Assembly (NCBI RefSeq): GCF_006345805.1
Contig: NC_043001.1
Location: forward strand, 76,198,001 to 76,262,000
Length of the DNA: 64,000 bases
Direction: 5' to 3'
Source: Octopus sinensis
Taxonomy: Eukaryota
The position numbers were made by a program, and so were the translations under genes. The notes below the pieces were generated by a model. The model did not search any database. It saw only the letters and a list, made by a program, of their open reading frames with translations, and was not told the DNA's origin. The first letter of the stretch is position 1. Each line of letters begins with the position of its first letter. Below, one piece after another: positions 14,865 through 29,900 of this stretch.

Positions 14865-17800
14865 CTGTTGGTTATTTTCTGTAGTGCCAACCTTCGGACC
14901 AAAGTATCTGATGTTAGTTCTAATAACCAGCACTGCGCCGTGTCCTCCACATTAGCAGTTAACTTTCAATAGACCAGTCCACCTGGTTGTAAATAGGTTA
15001 CATGAAAACTTACATATGGCTGTTATAGACTTCAGAATCAGTCGTAGAGCAATCGAATTAGTGGTGTGGCTAAACATGAATCCGTTGCTAATATGTTTGT
15101 TGTTATAATTGTTGCTAATTTTCTTAAACATCTGTAAATAGTGCTTCAGCTTTCCAAAATGTGTTTTTGCTAAAAGAAAAAAAATCGGAAATAAACCAGT
15201 TTTGTCCATGAATTAATCACACAGTTATGTACCATATTGTTTTTGTATCTATTTATTTAATAGTAACCTGTGCGAAGGGAAATGGTGGCTGCCAACACCG
15301 ATGCAAAGATACTGAATTAGGACCAGAATGCAGATGTGTGTCAAAATATAATCTTGGAGGAGATAAGAAGTCTTGTATAGGTAAGTAAAAACTAGGTTGG
15401 AAGATAACTATTTTGTTTTATATTTTATATGCCTCCAAAACAAGATCACTCACAGACATTCCAGCAGATACAGGACAGCTGAGGCCTTTTAGGTCTTTAA
15501 CTGCTCATCTAAGAGAAGGTAACTCTGTACAAATCCTGCAACCTGATGATAACTCTCGGGCTCATAGTATTTGTTGCACCAAATGAAAACAAGTTTGATG
15601 AGCAAAAGAGTGGGATTGGCTCTGCGCAAACCATACCTCCATCGTAATATTCATCGAGCAGATTGACCAACAAGCCAAAATACCAGCACCATCACACTTT
15701 CTTAATAGGTTCTAAGGCGACAAGGAAAGAAGTGATGAAGACAAGTAGAGGATGCTACTGGAAATCTTTCAGCTTTAACGCTGTACAGTTAGCCATAGTG
15801 TTGTTTACAACAGTGTCTTACTGAACCTCGTACAATATCGATCCGTCCAAGTTATTTACTGCGTCAACTAAATGAACATTGCCACTACAGTAGGGAATTA
15901 TAAATGCAAATGACTCTGTTAGGAAAAATAAATTACAACGGTAATTGTACAATTTTTTTTTACATATGCACACAATTACACTAAGCAAGATTAAGTAAAA
16001 TGCAATTATGCATTAATTAACCAGGAGGCGATTTCAACTTTGGATGCAAGCGAAATTTTGTCAGCAGGTGTGAGAGGGTTCTCTACAACAATACGTTTAT
16101 TATCATTGTTATCAATCGAGAATATGGGTGACAGCCAAGACAACGATCATTTAACTGAGAAGATTTTGTCATATATTCATAAAAGTGTTAAGTACAGCAT
16201 AGATGATTGAATCTATTTCTATTTTCTGTCATTTTTTGGATTAAATACAATACAATGTCGCCGTGTTGCAGAGTTTTTGAGATATTAGGTCACCTTTTGA
16301 TGTATAGCGCATTTTTCGGGCGAGGTTGACCCTGTATCTGCATATATATATGTAGGCCTAGGTAAGATACATTTTTGAAGACTGACCGTTACCTATGCAT
16401 GTAAGTCTCTTCACTCTCCATGCTAGTGAAGTTTAGCATCAGTGCCGTTACAAAACAGATATCACAAGGCGTCTCTCTCGAGTTCAATACCCTGGAATTG
16501 TACTTTGTTATCGGCCCCCTTAAAGATGAAAGGTAAAGTTGGCCTCGGCGTGATCTGAACTCAGATCGTAGGGTTTCACAAGTACCAGGAGGTATTCTAT
16601 CCAACACTATAATGACTCAGCCAGTTTACTATTCTTTTTTTTTTTTTTTACATATTTTACCTATTTATCTACGGATAAATATATTGTATACGATTAAAGG
16701 CTCTGAATTGTATATGTGGGAATCGCCTCCAAAGGGTTAAAGCGTCGGTTTCTACAATTGCATACATTTTCTTGAACGTTTGGACTCCAAATGCCAGGTA
16801 CTAGGTTTCTATTTTCGTATGAGTGAGCGCGTTCACAGCCATATCCCTGAACGGGACACGGGTCCGTTGCAGGATTCAAGCCAATAGTATAGAGAAGGGG
16901 GGCAAGTTGGTTACATCCACCCCTATATTTGACTGGTACTTTATCTTATCGACCCAGAATGGATGAAAGGTAAATTTGGTTTCGGTGAGATTTGAACTCA
17001 GAACGTAAAGAGCCAGAAGTAATGCCGCTAAGCATTTTGTTCGATGCGTAAACAGTTCTGCCTGCTCGTCTCCTTACAGTAATGTAATAGCATACAACAA
17101 ATACTTTCTTATATAGGCACAAACCTTGAAATCTAAGAGAGGAAAAAGTCAGTCACAACGACCCAGTACTTCACTGATACTTTATTTTAATGACCCCGAA
17201 AAGATAGAAAGCAGAGTTGACTCACCTCTCAACATAATGTGTCGGAAGAAATGCGGTTAAGCATTTAGTCCGACAAGCATCCAATTTTACTAGCTCTCCA
17301 CTTACAATTAAATAATTGTATGTAATAAATAAATACGCTTAGTTATTTACAGTGTTGGACGTTATTCTATAAGCCCTAAGTAACTGATAGTGGTATGTTC
17401 ATTACATTTAAATCTTTAGTTTGACAAAAGGATTAGACAGAAAGCTTTATTATTAATATACTTGTCTCAAATTCAGAAGACTTATTAAAGAATCGTTATT
17501 TAGGAATTTTTACATCGTTTATTAACTAACTTGCGCTGTTTTCTTGCTGCAGTACATACCAGAGTGTAGAAAAATTATATTCAAATGGTTTCTAATTTAA
17601 TAAATTTAGTAACCATGATTTATTACATAATAAGTAGATACTTAAACGTAAATGATTTTGACGTAAAAAGATTTTGACGTAAAATATGTAACTGATATAA
17701 AATAGCTTAGAATAATGTTACTGCTTAGATAGTTATAACATTTGAAACAGCAACAAAAAGATGGATTGCAATATAATAAACTTCTCTTATTAATTAGAGA

Positions 17801-18144
17801 TTCGCATAAGAGTTTCACAGCAAGACACAAAAATGATCTTTCTTTGAACTCAGAAATTTTAGTAACACGGTTAAAAAAGGTAATCTGTGTGAATGCAAGG
17901 GATGTGAACGAGTGATTAAGAAATTCACTTGACATATACATAGTTCGATACCTCTGGTGGCACCCTATACCTATGCCTTCTACCGTAGGGTTGAATTGAC
18001 CAATGTCGCGTGCGGGAAATTTGTTAAATCAAAAATGATGCAGAATCCCGCCCTACATATATATATATATATATATAATGCATACATATACATGCATACA
18101 TATTTATGTATATGTGTGTATATATACATATACACAAATATATA

Positions 18145-18196
<52 letters not shown>

Positions 18197-18307
18197 CACA
18201 CACATATATATATGTATACATACACATATATCTATATGTATCATCACCATATATGTAACATTAGCCTCTTTGGAATCTGCTTGATCCTATATATACATAT
18301 ACATACA

Positions 18308-18344
<37 letters not shown>

Positions 18345-20424
18345 GTATATAATCTGTTTGATCATATGTGTATATATATATACATACACATATGTATTTG
18401 TATGTATATATAGGGTCAAGCAGATTCCAAAGAGGCTGATGTTGGTCAACGTCGGCAAGACTTATATACTAAATAGAAAAATCGATAAAAACAAAAAAGT
18501 ACAGTGAATTTTTCGTGAGGATTAGAAAATCCGACAATTTGGAAAAAGTTGAATGGAAGGAAATTAATGATAGATTGCTGATTTTTACGCCCCTAAAAAA
18601 AATCACCTATAGAAATAGACGAATGTGATAAGATTCATAACAAAAAAGTATTATAGAAATATCATAAACTGAACTCAATATGATATTGGAGGTAAAAATA
18701 CACTAGCGATCTCAGCTATAAACAATAACCTTATCATAACTCCAAACAGCATTCTGAAGCTGTTATCACAGAGCTTTTATAGTAAGCTATACATAACGCC
18801 ACGCATCAATATGAAATAAAATAGGCTTGATACTAATAGAGAACTACTACGATGCAACAACAGTGTGACTACAAAAATTCTCCCAAGCAAGCAAAGGAAA
18901 ACTGTTAAGCATCATAAGGAATATAAATAAAATTGCCTCTTATCAGGAAAGGACAAGGCACAAATCACAAGCTAATCTCACTGAAGAAGATTTACTTAAT
19001 GACAAAATAACAGAAAAGATAATTTTTTTTTAAATGACAAAATTAGAATAGAGTGGATTATAAAAGACAAAAATGGAGAATAAAACCATTCTTTGGCAAT
19101 ACCCTTCAAGAGTCAACTCTGGCTCGAACGCTCCGGACTAAATGTTGACTTGGAATCTCTGGTTTTTGCTGCACTTAATAAACGCCAAGCCTCAAGATGG
19201 ATAAGAACGAAATAATGAAAAACAGACTAACAGCAAATGCAATCATGACAGAGAGACAATGAGACATCACAAACTAAGCAATCATCGCAATGAGACAATG
19301 AGAAAAATGGCCACAAAGCACTGTGCTGTCTGACCTTTTTATGGTCAGATTTGAGTCGACACAACCGAGTAGCAGCTACCTCTATAGGACAGACCGAAGG
19401 AAAAACAGAGAAGTGGTTTAAACACAGCAATGAACTCCATATTTTACGAAATGACGTACAGGAATCTGCCTCAGGAACAACGACCACACCTATTCACTTC
19501 CAAGGAATCTATACAAATGCACCAACCTCATTCATGCTTGCGCATTATCAATTACGGCATACTGAGTCCCTGCGCGGAGGTGTGCGGTAGCAGAAGGATT
19601 TTTCGAAACACAAGAACGCTTCATTCCTACTTGAGATGAAAGAGGAAATGCACCGATCTAGTTAGGCAGTATATACATGATGATGGATTAAGGCGGCGAG
19701 CGATCAGAATCGTTACTATATCGGAAAAAAAGCATTTCTTCCGTCTTCACGTTCTGAGTTTAAATTTCGCCGAGGTACATAGTTTTGGGGTCGATAAATT
19801 AAGTGCCAGTTGAGATCTGGGGTCGATGTAATTTACTTATCCTTTCCCCAAAAACTGCTGGCCTTATATATATATATATAAATGGAACAAGAACGCAAAA
19901 CATCCAGACAGGTGATACAAAAAAGGGACAACAAAACATCCAGTTAGACGATACAAAGTAAACAAGGACAGGTCATTCGGAGTTTTCTTTCCTCAGTCGA
20001 GTTCCAGATTATCTTTGCAATTTCGGCTGGTTATACTCGAGATTGTTCCAAGGAAAAACTAAGCTAAGAGCATTAGATTCCTTGGAAGAAAGCAGCGAAT
20101 GTATACGAAAACAAGGACGGAAAAAAAACGGAATATGTTACACAAATACAAATAACAGGACATAACAACAGGTTTCTTTCGACTAAGGACGAATTAAATA
20201 AAGCTGGCGTGTGTGGAAATAAAGCCTTACGGCAGGGGATGGAAGTGGTACAAACATTCGTAAACTTTGTTCGACATAAGAAACTCCCAATTATAAATAT
20301 CAAAGATTAGAAGGAAAATATCTGCACTCTGATAAACAAGACGATTCTTTCTGTCCAAAATATCGCCCAAAAGGAAACCGTGAAACTACCAAATTATAAG
20401 AATCAACACACACACACACACACA

Positions 20425-20473
<49 letters not shown>

Positions 20474-23400
20474 TACATACACACACACACATACACACAC
20501 ACATGCACAATCATCGCCTAAAAATATTACACTAACTGTTATATAATCGACACTAAATACTCATACCGAACACGACCAACACTCACACAACTTATGTATA
20601 AGTGTCATCCAATAAAGCATCACAACACACAGCCCAAATGAAATACAACCACCATAGCAACAAAATAAAACATTTCATATCGCACCTCTGCTATGCCTAA
20701 GTGATAAAGCAAAACCAACACAGAAAACTACAAAACAAATTACACACTAAAGCAAATCACATGAAACACACAGCTACGCTTCCCAACCACATGATTCCGG
20801 GTTCAGTCCCACTACATGGAACCTTCAGCAAGTGTCTTTTAATAAAGCCTCGAGCTGACCAAAAACTTATGAGCGGAACTGGTAAACAGAAACCAAAAGA
20901 AGCTCGTCGTATATGCGTGTGTGTGTGTGTGTGTGTCTTTGTGTCTGTTCCGCATCGTTACTTGACAGCTGGTGTTGATGTGTTTATATCCCCTTAACTT
21001 AGCAGTTCAGCAAAATAGTTGATAAAATGACTATCAGGCTTTGAGAAAAAAGTACTGGGCTCGAGTCATTCGACTAAAGATTTTTCAAGGCTGTGCCCCA
21101 GCATGCCGCAGTCTACTTACTGAAACAAATAATAGAGTAAAATACAAATTTATAACTCTTAAAAGATACTGATGCATGTACCCGGGGTATATGAGGGTTC
21201 ACGGGGTAATGCAAGTGGCAAATAACATGTAATTGTTGAAAAGTACATAACTTAAATCTGAAACTGAAGGATTTTTTATTGTCACCAGAAACTAGTAAAC
21301 ATAGAAGATATGTCCTTATAAGTGGTCAGCTATATATATAGCCAATCAAAGAACCACCATGGACCCAGATATTTACCGTGGCTAGCAAAGGCAGTTGACC
21401 TATTACCAGCTATATGTTTTCCGTCTTGCAACGTAGAACCATATAGTACTATGTAGATTATGCTTGAAGGAATTGATGAGGCCTTAATGGTAAAGAAAGT
21501 GTCTTCTCGGTCTTTTGGCTAAGATCAAAGTGTAATCTGTTCTTATCAGTTTGATATCTGATACGGTCCCTATATGAAGCCATCAATATTAAACTAATTT
21601 TTAGAACGAGAGAAGAGTTAGGGGCTTGCTCCGCCTATGCCACGGGTTCATCTGGTATTACAGTACTTCCAGGATTCATCCCTCCTCCTAACCGTTAAAA
21701 GTGTCAATACTTCTTTTGACATAGCCATCAGGCAGAGGAAAACTGATGATGATGGCAGTGGTAACAGTGGTGAAGGTCGTGGTGGAGGTGGTAGTGGAGG
21801 TGATGATGCAATGGTAATGGTGGTGGTAGTGGTGGCGGTGGAAGCGGCGGCGGTGGAAGCGGCGGCGGTGGAAGCGGCGGCGGTGGAAGCGGCGGCGGTG
21901 GAAGCGGCGGCGGTGGCGGTGTAGGCGGTGGCGGCGGTGGGGGGTTAGTAACGGTGGTGATAGGTGACGTTCCAGTAGTCCGATTATCACTATTATTTCT
22001 CCCGTCGACGTTACCGGTGATGATGGTACCGGTAGTGGTTAGGTTACTGTTGTCGATGCTATTACTACTGTCAGCAGTGTTGATGGTGGTGGTGCTGGTA
22101 TTGTTAGTGGTCGTGGTGTTGTTGGTGGTTGAGAACATCTTTTTCTATTTCCTCTTCCCCTTCTTCTTCCTTCTCTTCGTTTTTTCCCTTTCTTCTCACC
22201 ATCCTTATTTTCGCATCACACGACGCCTCTTGCAAATTTTGTCTTTTAGTATTAATTTAAAAAACAAAATTGAAGAAAACGTTTTTTAACGAACTCTGCC
22301 CCTTGCTGGGACAGACAAGGAAATGATCACCACCACCACCAACCCACACATACACACCTCATAACCCCGGCCACTCTGGTAACAAAATATACAAAAAAAA
22401 TTCAAACTAACAAATCTCTAAACAACTCAAACAAAAATCAAGTTTTCTCAAGATTCACAGTTGTGAAATACGACTTATGTGGATGAGAAAAAAAAGAATA
22501 TAAATAAATAAATAAATAATTCTTTCCGTCGTAGGTACAAAGCCTGAAATTTTGAGAGAGGGGGGGCAATCAATTACGTCGACCTCTAGTGCTCATCTGG
22601 TACTTATTTTACCATCGGGGGAAGTTATGAAGCAGATAGAAGAAACGGGCTATAAGTACTTGGGGATTTTGGAAATGGATAAATTGATGGAGAAATAAAT
22701 GGCAGGAAAATTTAAGGTGGAGTAATTGCGCAGACTGAGACTGATACTTAAGTCGAAAGTAAACGGACGGAATAAGATCGAAGCTATCAACGCCTGGGCG
22801 GTTTCACTCAGATATGGAGCAGGGGTAATCGCATGGACGAACTAAACAGCTTAGAAAGAAGGACAAGAATGTTACTAACTAGATATAGGTCACTACACCC
22901 AAAATGTGACACAGACAGACTGTATGTACCAAGAAAAAGAGGGGAGGAGGACTTATTGGATGCGAACACAACATAAGAGCAGAAGAAAACAACATAGCAT
23001 GGTATGTAAAAATGCCACAGAACCACTGTCATTAGAAGTAAGAAGGTCAGGTTGTGTAGGATGAAAGATTGCAAAGATAAAGCACTAAACAAGAAATTGA
23101 AAACGAATGAAACTGAAAATAGGTGGGTAAAGAAAAGAATGCATGGTAAATTTTATAGAGATATTGAAGATAAGACAGAGAAAAAAGATAGCTGTGGATG
23201 ACTAAAAGTGATTTAAAACCGGAAACGGAGGGTCTAATCTGCGCTGCTCCATAAAATACAGAATAGACAACACAGAAGAAAGTGATAAGTGCAGAATCTG
23301 TGGACAAAACGGTGAAACCGTATGGCATATTACCCATGTATGCCACAAGCCCAGAAGGAATATAAGAGACGTCACGACAATATAGCCAGGCTTGTCCACT

Positions 23401-23932
23401 GGAGACTTTGCAACAAGTATGGACTTGACAGAGCAAAATATTGGTACAACCACAAACCTGAAGGCATCATTGAAAATAGAAATGCAAAGATCTTATGGGA
23501 TTTTATGATTCAGTGCGACCATGAAATAGAGAATAGGAAGCCAGACATAGTCTTAATTGAGAAAGAAAACAAACTATGCTGGATCATAGATATAGCATAC
23601 CCAGCTAACAACAAGGTATGCGATAAGGAAGAAAGAAAAGTTGAGTGATATGACAGGTTAGCTTGGGAAGTTAAGCAGTTGTGGTCGATGAAAAAGGTAG
23701 CAGTAGTACCAATAATTGTCGGAGCCCTGGGAACAGTGAGCAAAAATCTCGAGAAGTACGTGGAACAAATAGACGCTGCAATAAGGGTGGATCACTTGCA
23801 GAAAACAGCACTGCTTGGGACCGCTGGAATACTCCGGAAGGTGATCGAAAAATAAGAGGTGTTACTTTAGTTCACTGATAGTGGACAGCTGACACTGTAG
23901 TACAGCTCCAGCGTTAGAAGCTGTGCAAAGGC

Positions 23933-23994
<62 letters not shown>

Positions 23995-26900
23995 TAATAA
24001 TAAAGAAAAGGACGAGTAGGATTTCTATTCCGAGGGCAGCCACAACTTCTTTCGCGCAAAAGGCCTTCGCTGAGTGGTTAAGAAATTTCTTTTGTAGTTA
24101 TGTAATATCAGGTTCACTCCTGGACAGTATCTTCTACTATAACCCCTGGGACAGCTAACACCTTGAAAGTGAATTTGGTTGACAAAAACAGTGGAAGCCC
24201 GTCGAGAGGGGGAAGGGCGTGCGCCTTAGTGTTTGTCCCCACACTACTTAACAACCGGTGTTTGTTTGTTTACTCTCAGTTACTTATCGGTTATAAGAAT
24301 CGGTATTAAACTTTAAAAACAGAAGAAATAAATATCAGACTCTAAAACAAAATTAAATAAATACTGGTGAAAAGCAACAATAGTCAGATATTCACGTTCT
24401 TCTTCATAAAAAAACTTATTAAGAGTGAACAGATACGTTATCGTTTAGATTCTCACTGTTCTGCGTGAACCTCATGGATTATTATTATTTGAATATCCTC
24501 TATTCTGTTATTCTTTTATTCTTTTGGGTTTTTTCTTTAAATCAGCCGCAGTACTTATTTCCAAACCTCGTACTTATTGTGTCGGTGTCCTTTTGCCGAA
24601 CCGCTTATTTCGGGGATGTAAACACACCAACACCAGTTGTCAAGCGTGGTGGAGATAAACACAGACACGAACACACACATACACACACGCACACACACAC
24701 ACGACAACACAAACACACACACACACACACGCGCGCGCGTAGGACTTCTTTCAGTCTATGTCAACCAAAATTTACTCACAAGGCTTAGGTTGATCCAGGG
24801 CTTTAGTTGAAGACACTTGCCCAAGATGGCCCATTATGAGATTGAACCCATGACCACACAATTGGGAAGCATGTTTCTTCCCACACAACCACGCCTACAG
24901 TTGTATACAAAGAAATGCTATTTCTATAGATCTGATTATGTATTATAGTAGAATATATTAGAGGGTGTTGTATTTGTAAAGTATATTGTTTTGTTTTATA
25001 TATAAAATATATTGTTTTGTTTTGTTCTTTTGTTTCAGCGTCCTGTAAAGTGAACAAAGGAGGCTGCCAGAAGCAATGTATCGATACGAAAACAGGGCCG
25101 AAATGTACGTGCCCCAGTGGTTACAAGTTACATACAGACAAGAAGAGCTGTTTAGGTTAGTGATTTAATAATTAAGCATTTTTACAAATGAGCATATATG
25201 CCCCAGGTAAACCCATATCAGTACCTTACTAAACATTAGCTTAAAAGCCGCACTCCGACTTTTAAGCCAGTTCTTGTGGAAGGCTAAATGGCGATGCTGC
25301 CCCAAAACTAAACAGAGCTACATAGCATGACTACAGTACGTCTAAAGTGACTATATGCCCAGGTAATGTTTGATCAGAGGTTAAAGACGGATAGGAATTA
25401 ATTCTGTAATGCAATCATACTATTGTTCCCGTCTCAGTTTGAATTCCAGCTGTTGGCCAATTTGTCCCAAAGTTTTTATCTCGACGTAAAATTAACGAAG
25501 CGAATGTCATTTGTCTCTCCCTTGATCTCTGGCGTCATCTGACAAATGCCAAGCAAGATGATGTGAATCAGCCAAGCTTTACCTGCTAGAAATAGCAACC
25601 CAAATGCTTTTAAATCATATCCCGTTGCTAGATGTTAAAGAATCAAATGAAGGGCAGATTTTCAATTCCGGGATCATCCTGATTCCAAAAAAGGTATATG
25701 TCTATGTAGAGCAAATGTAGGCTGAGATACAGCAGTCTCAGACGGACAGACAGAATTTCGCTTTTATTATTATAGACGTATGATTGCAGTAACATTGAAT
25801 ACCCTCATTCACTGAAGACTACTTGCAAAAGTTTAAATCTTGTGGTAGTGTTTCATCATGATCTATGAGTATATATGAAGAAACGTGTGTATATAAATCA
25901 ATGGGGAATGTGAAGAGATGTGTGTATATTAACCAGTTAGTATTATGTGTAAATAAATATTTATAAATCAAAGTTTTTATAAACCAATGAATATATGTCA
26001 ATAGATATGTTAAAAATAACCGAAATCATATATGTAAATAAATGCGCATATGAATACATAAGTATATATAAAGTGTATATAAACCAATGTGGATATGTGA
26101 ATAAATGTATGTACGAGGGGATACTGAAAAGTTCGTGGCTTTGGGTAAAAGACAATGCAGAAGGATCAGTTAATTATGATTTTATTCAACATATTCACAC
26201 GCTTATTGCACACTCTCAGATTCGCACACTTATTGCGGCGGTCCTTCAGTTTCTGTAAGTCATGTAAAAGAACTCGGAAGGTTGGGCCTCCAACCAAGCC
26301 TTTCAAAATGCCCTTAAAGCCAGGAACTTTTCAGCATACCCTCGTGTATAAACCAATGTGAGTATATAAACCAGTGTGTAGATAAACCAATGAGCATATG
26401 TGGGGTTAAATGAGTGTATAAGATGAGCCACTGTGTATATGAATCAATGAGTGTATATTAGTGTATCCAGGAATCCAACTTTCATTGAAGTTTCGAGATG
26501 CCGAGAACTGGCTTCTCACAACACAGTCACTCGTTTCGACGTTTCAAAAAGGAAGTGAAATGAGACGTTGAATCTATCATATCTTTCTTCGCAGTAAAGG
26601 GGGGAGGGAATGAAAAGGCTTTTTTTCTTTTTTTTTCAAAACTTGTTTTTAAAAACCTAACCAACGCAAAACGAGTGAAATACAAAAGTGAAAACAGAAC
26701 AAAGGTTAATGTTTTACTCTGTATTTGATCCATTTTTGTCTTACTTTTTGCCGTTCAACAAATTCTAGTCTAATTAATATCACAAGTGCTTTTTTTTTGT
26801 TTTTGGGGGTTTGTTTTTGTAATTTACTAAATTCTTCAAGAGATTATAGGCAATCATGTTACAGCCTGATTAGATCGTCTAGTATCCCTTATGAACAGCT

Positions 26901-29900
26901 TGTATGACGATGATCTATAACGTTTGGGCGTCAATGGTTTGTAATACAGTATTTAATATGCCAGTGTTTTGTAACGCAGTGTTCGTGGCTCGATATTCGG
27001 AAGTACCCGATGTAATGCTTAGTACAGTGTATTAGAGATGAAACTGATTGAAGATAACGGCAGAAGATTCAACAATATCGAGTTAGCTAGTTCAGAAGTT
27101 GTTTTAGTGAGAGCAATAGAAAAGAGGGAGACGGAGAGAAGAGAGTGCGAATATGGGAATTAGTAGCTGTGATATATTGGCGGAATATATCATTGCCGAT
27201 CAATTAAATACAGCAACAACGTTCTATATCTGTGAAGGGTAGCTCTAATATAGTATTTGTTTGATTCTTGTAAAACTGTGACTAAAAATCGAGGCATGGA
27301 CTTGAGTCACAAATTAACTTACTTCCACGATGTTTTTCATCTTAAAAATAGCGACAGCGAGAGTAAAACAACATGGAAAGTAAATACGAGCAAATGAACC
27401 CTTTTGTTACCATATTTCTGTTTAAATATACTTCTATAATTTCAATTTATTTGTAAAATATTGAATAACTTAGTGAAATTACTACCTCATTTAGAAGCTG
27501 GTGTTTAGAACACAACTTAAAATTGAAATGATAGGTTTAAATTTAGACTACTTTAACTCTTTTGTTACCATATTTCTGTTGATATATACTGCCTTAACTG
27601 CTTGGCATTTAAACCAGCCATATCCGGCTTAAATATTTTCACCCCTAACCTACAACGTTATTCTGAAAATAAGCAATCACATCATTGAAATCTTCAGGCT
27701 ACAAGATAATGCATGAATAATTCAAAACAACATGAATGAGTGAGCATTACATTTGATAGAGTAAAGGAATGCTAAAGGGTTACTGTCAGTCAATTTGTAA
27801 AATAAGGAAGAATTTAGTAAAGTAACTTTGTCATTATTAAGCTGGTGTTTAGAACATACCTTCAAAGGTTTTTGATCTAAATCATTTCAAAATGTTTATG
27901 AAAGGTGTTTAGATCACTTTAAAAGAGGAAGCTGGTATCATAGAAACAGGAATGGTTACAGGTCAGTTAATACTAAAAAGGTTTTTTAAAAACCACACAG
28001 CTCACTTTTTACTAGTTTGCTACAGTCACTGATATTATACAGCAGTATTGTTACACAAGATGCGAAGGCAGCAAGCTGGCAGAATCGTTAGCACGCGGGG
28101 CTGATCTTTTCTCTTTGGATGCCAATTTTCAATCTCTTCAATTCCTGCTCGAAGTGATTTCATATTCGGCGTAATGATATAGTTTTATATGCTAATCAAT
28201 GCCATGAAATTCATTTTCGCCATAAATCAATAAATAAAAAATTAATAGCTTTTAAAGTTTGCAAATTTGGAGTAATTTTAGTCAATCGTAAGCCACAGAC
28301 ACATTCATGTCCGTTTTCATAGTAACAAGCCAAGCATGAGAACTCTTTTGTCTACGAGAAAGTACGTGTTGACAAATATATTCTACTCATTGAGGTTGTG
28401 GTGGTGGTGGATGTGTTAAAAATAACAGCTAAAAAGGCCTTAAATCACGCACCCCAAAATTTTTTGTTTTGGTTTTTGCATAATCGTAAGAATTCCAGTG
28501 CGTAGACTATAAATTCACAAATTTTTTCTGAAAATTCCAAAAAATAAAAAAGTTATGAGGGTTTATATAGCATGCACAAAGCAGATTTTCGCCAGTATTT
28601 TATTTATTTACAGTTGACAAGTGCTGTCACACACAAGATGGCAGCTCCCAAATCCTGGTTTCTGATTGGGTGAAACTGATCAAACTTTAAACCTCTATAA
28701 CTTTTTTTTTTAATTTCTAGCAAAGGTGAAATTTCTCCTGAGATTCAGCTTGGAAAACTACATAAATGTACCAAATTTTCAAATTTTCTATAAACTTTGA
28801 ATTTTCGAAAATTGGCGGTCAAATTGAAAAGATCCCGTCGGGCGAAATGCTTAGTGGTATTTCGTCTGCCGTTACGATTTGAGTTCAAATTCCGCCGAGG
28901 TCGGCTTTGCCTTTCATCCTTTCGAGGTCGATTAAATAAGTACCAGTTACGCACTGGGGTAGATATAATCGACTTAATCCGTTTGTCTGTCCTTGTTTGC
29001 CCTCTCTGCGTTTAGCTCCTTGTGGGTAGTAAAGAAATAGGTATTTCGTCTGTCGCTACGTTCTGAATTCAAAATCCGCCGAGGTCGACTTTGCTTTTCA
29101 TCCTTTCGGGTTCGATAAATTAAGTACCAGTTACGCGCTGGGGTCGATATAATCGACTTAATCCGTTTGTCTGTCCTTGTTTGTCCCTTCTCTGTTCAGT
29201 CCCTTGTGAGTAGTAAATAAATAGGTATTTCGTCTGACTTCACGTTCTGAGTTCCAATTTCGCTGACATTGCCTCTCATCCTTTCGGTGTCGATAAAATA
29301 AATACCAGTTGAGTACTGGGATTTATGTAATTGACTATCCCCAAATTTCAGGCATTGTGCCTTTAGTGGAAAGGATTATTACTCAAGCTACGGTTACGAG
29401 TCACGTCTTCGTTCCTAAGACAATGACAATTCATTAGTTGGTGAGCCGCTAACGGTACGATTTCATTTACGACAATCATTTAAATAAAATAAGATTGAAA
29501 TTAGTTGTTATGTGGAAACTTCACAAATTAAAATTGACAAATTTAACTAATTACTGAGTCGTTATTTTAAGTTATTAATTAATTCAAACTCATATTTGTC
29601 ATTAAGATTATTGGGTGAATTTAATTTTAACAGTAACAGTAACGACGCTCGAATGAAGCACCGAAATTAGCAAATATTTTCGTCTGAAATTGCTTCCAGC
29701 TTAAGTCTTGTGCACTTGCTATTCACACTGGCATTTGGACTGTCTTCCTACAACAGAAAAACAGAGATTACTTCCTCTGTCTCTGTTTCGTTGTGAGTGC
29801 GTGTGAGTGCACGTGTGTGTGTGTGTGTGTGTGAGCGCGTATGAGTGCACGTGTGTGTGTATATATGAGTATATATACATTATATACATACGCATATACA

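Noticed and set aside
17642-17941. 99-aa minus-strand ORF and repeated TGACGTAA words
   Set aside because: No recognisable domain; the words come from a short local duplication.
19950-20010. Minus-strand CTGAGGA...GAA hammerhead-like motif
   Set aside because: GAAT instead of GAAA, and no convincing stem I or III in this copy; may be a decayed PLE repeat.
21637-22289. Proline- or alanine-rich ORFs (extensin/formin-like)
   Set aside because: Produced by the 15-bp and triplet repeats; open on both strands, with no splice context.
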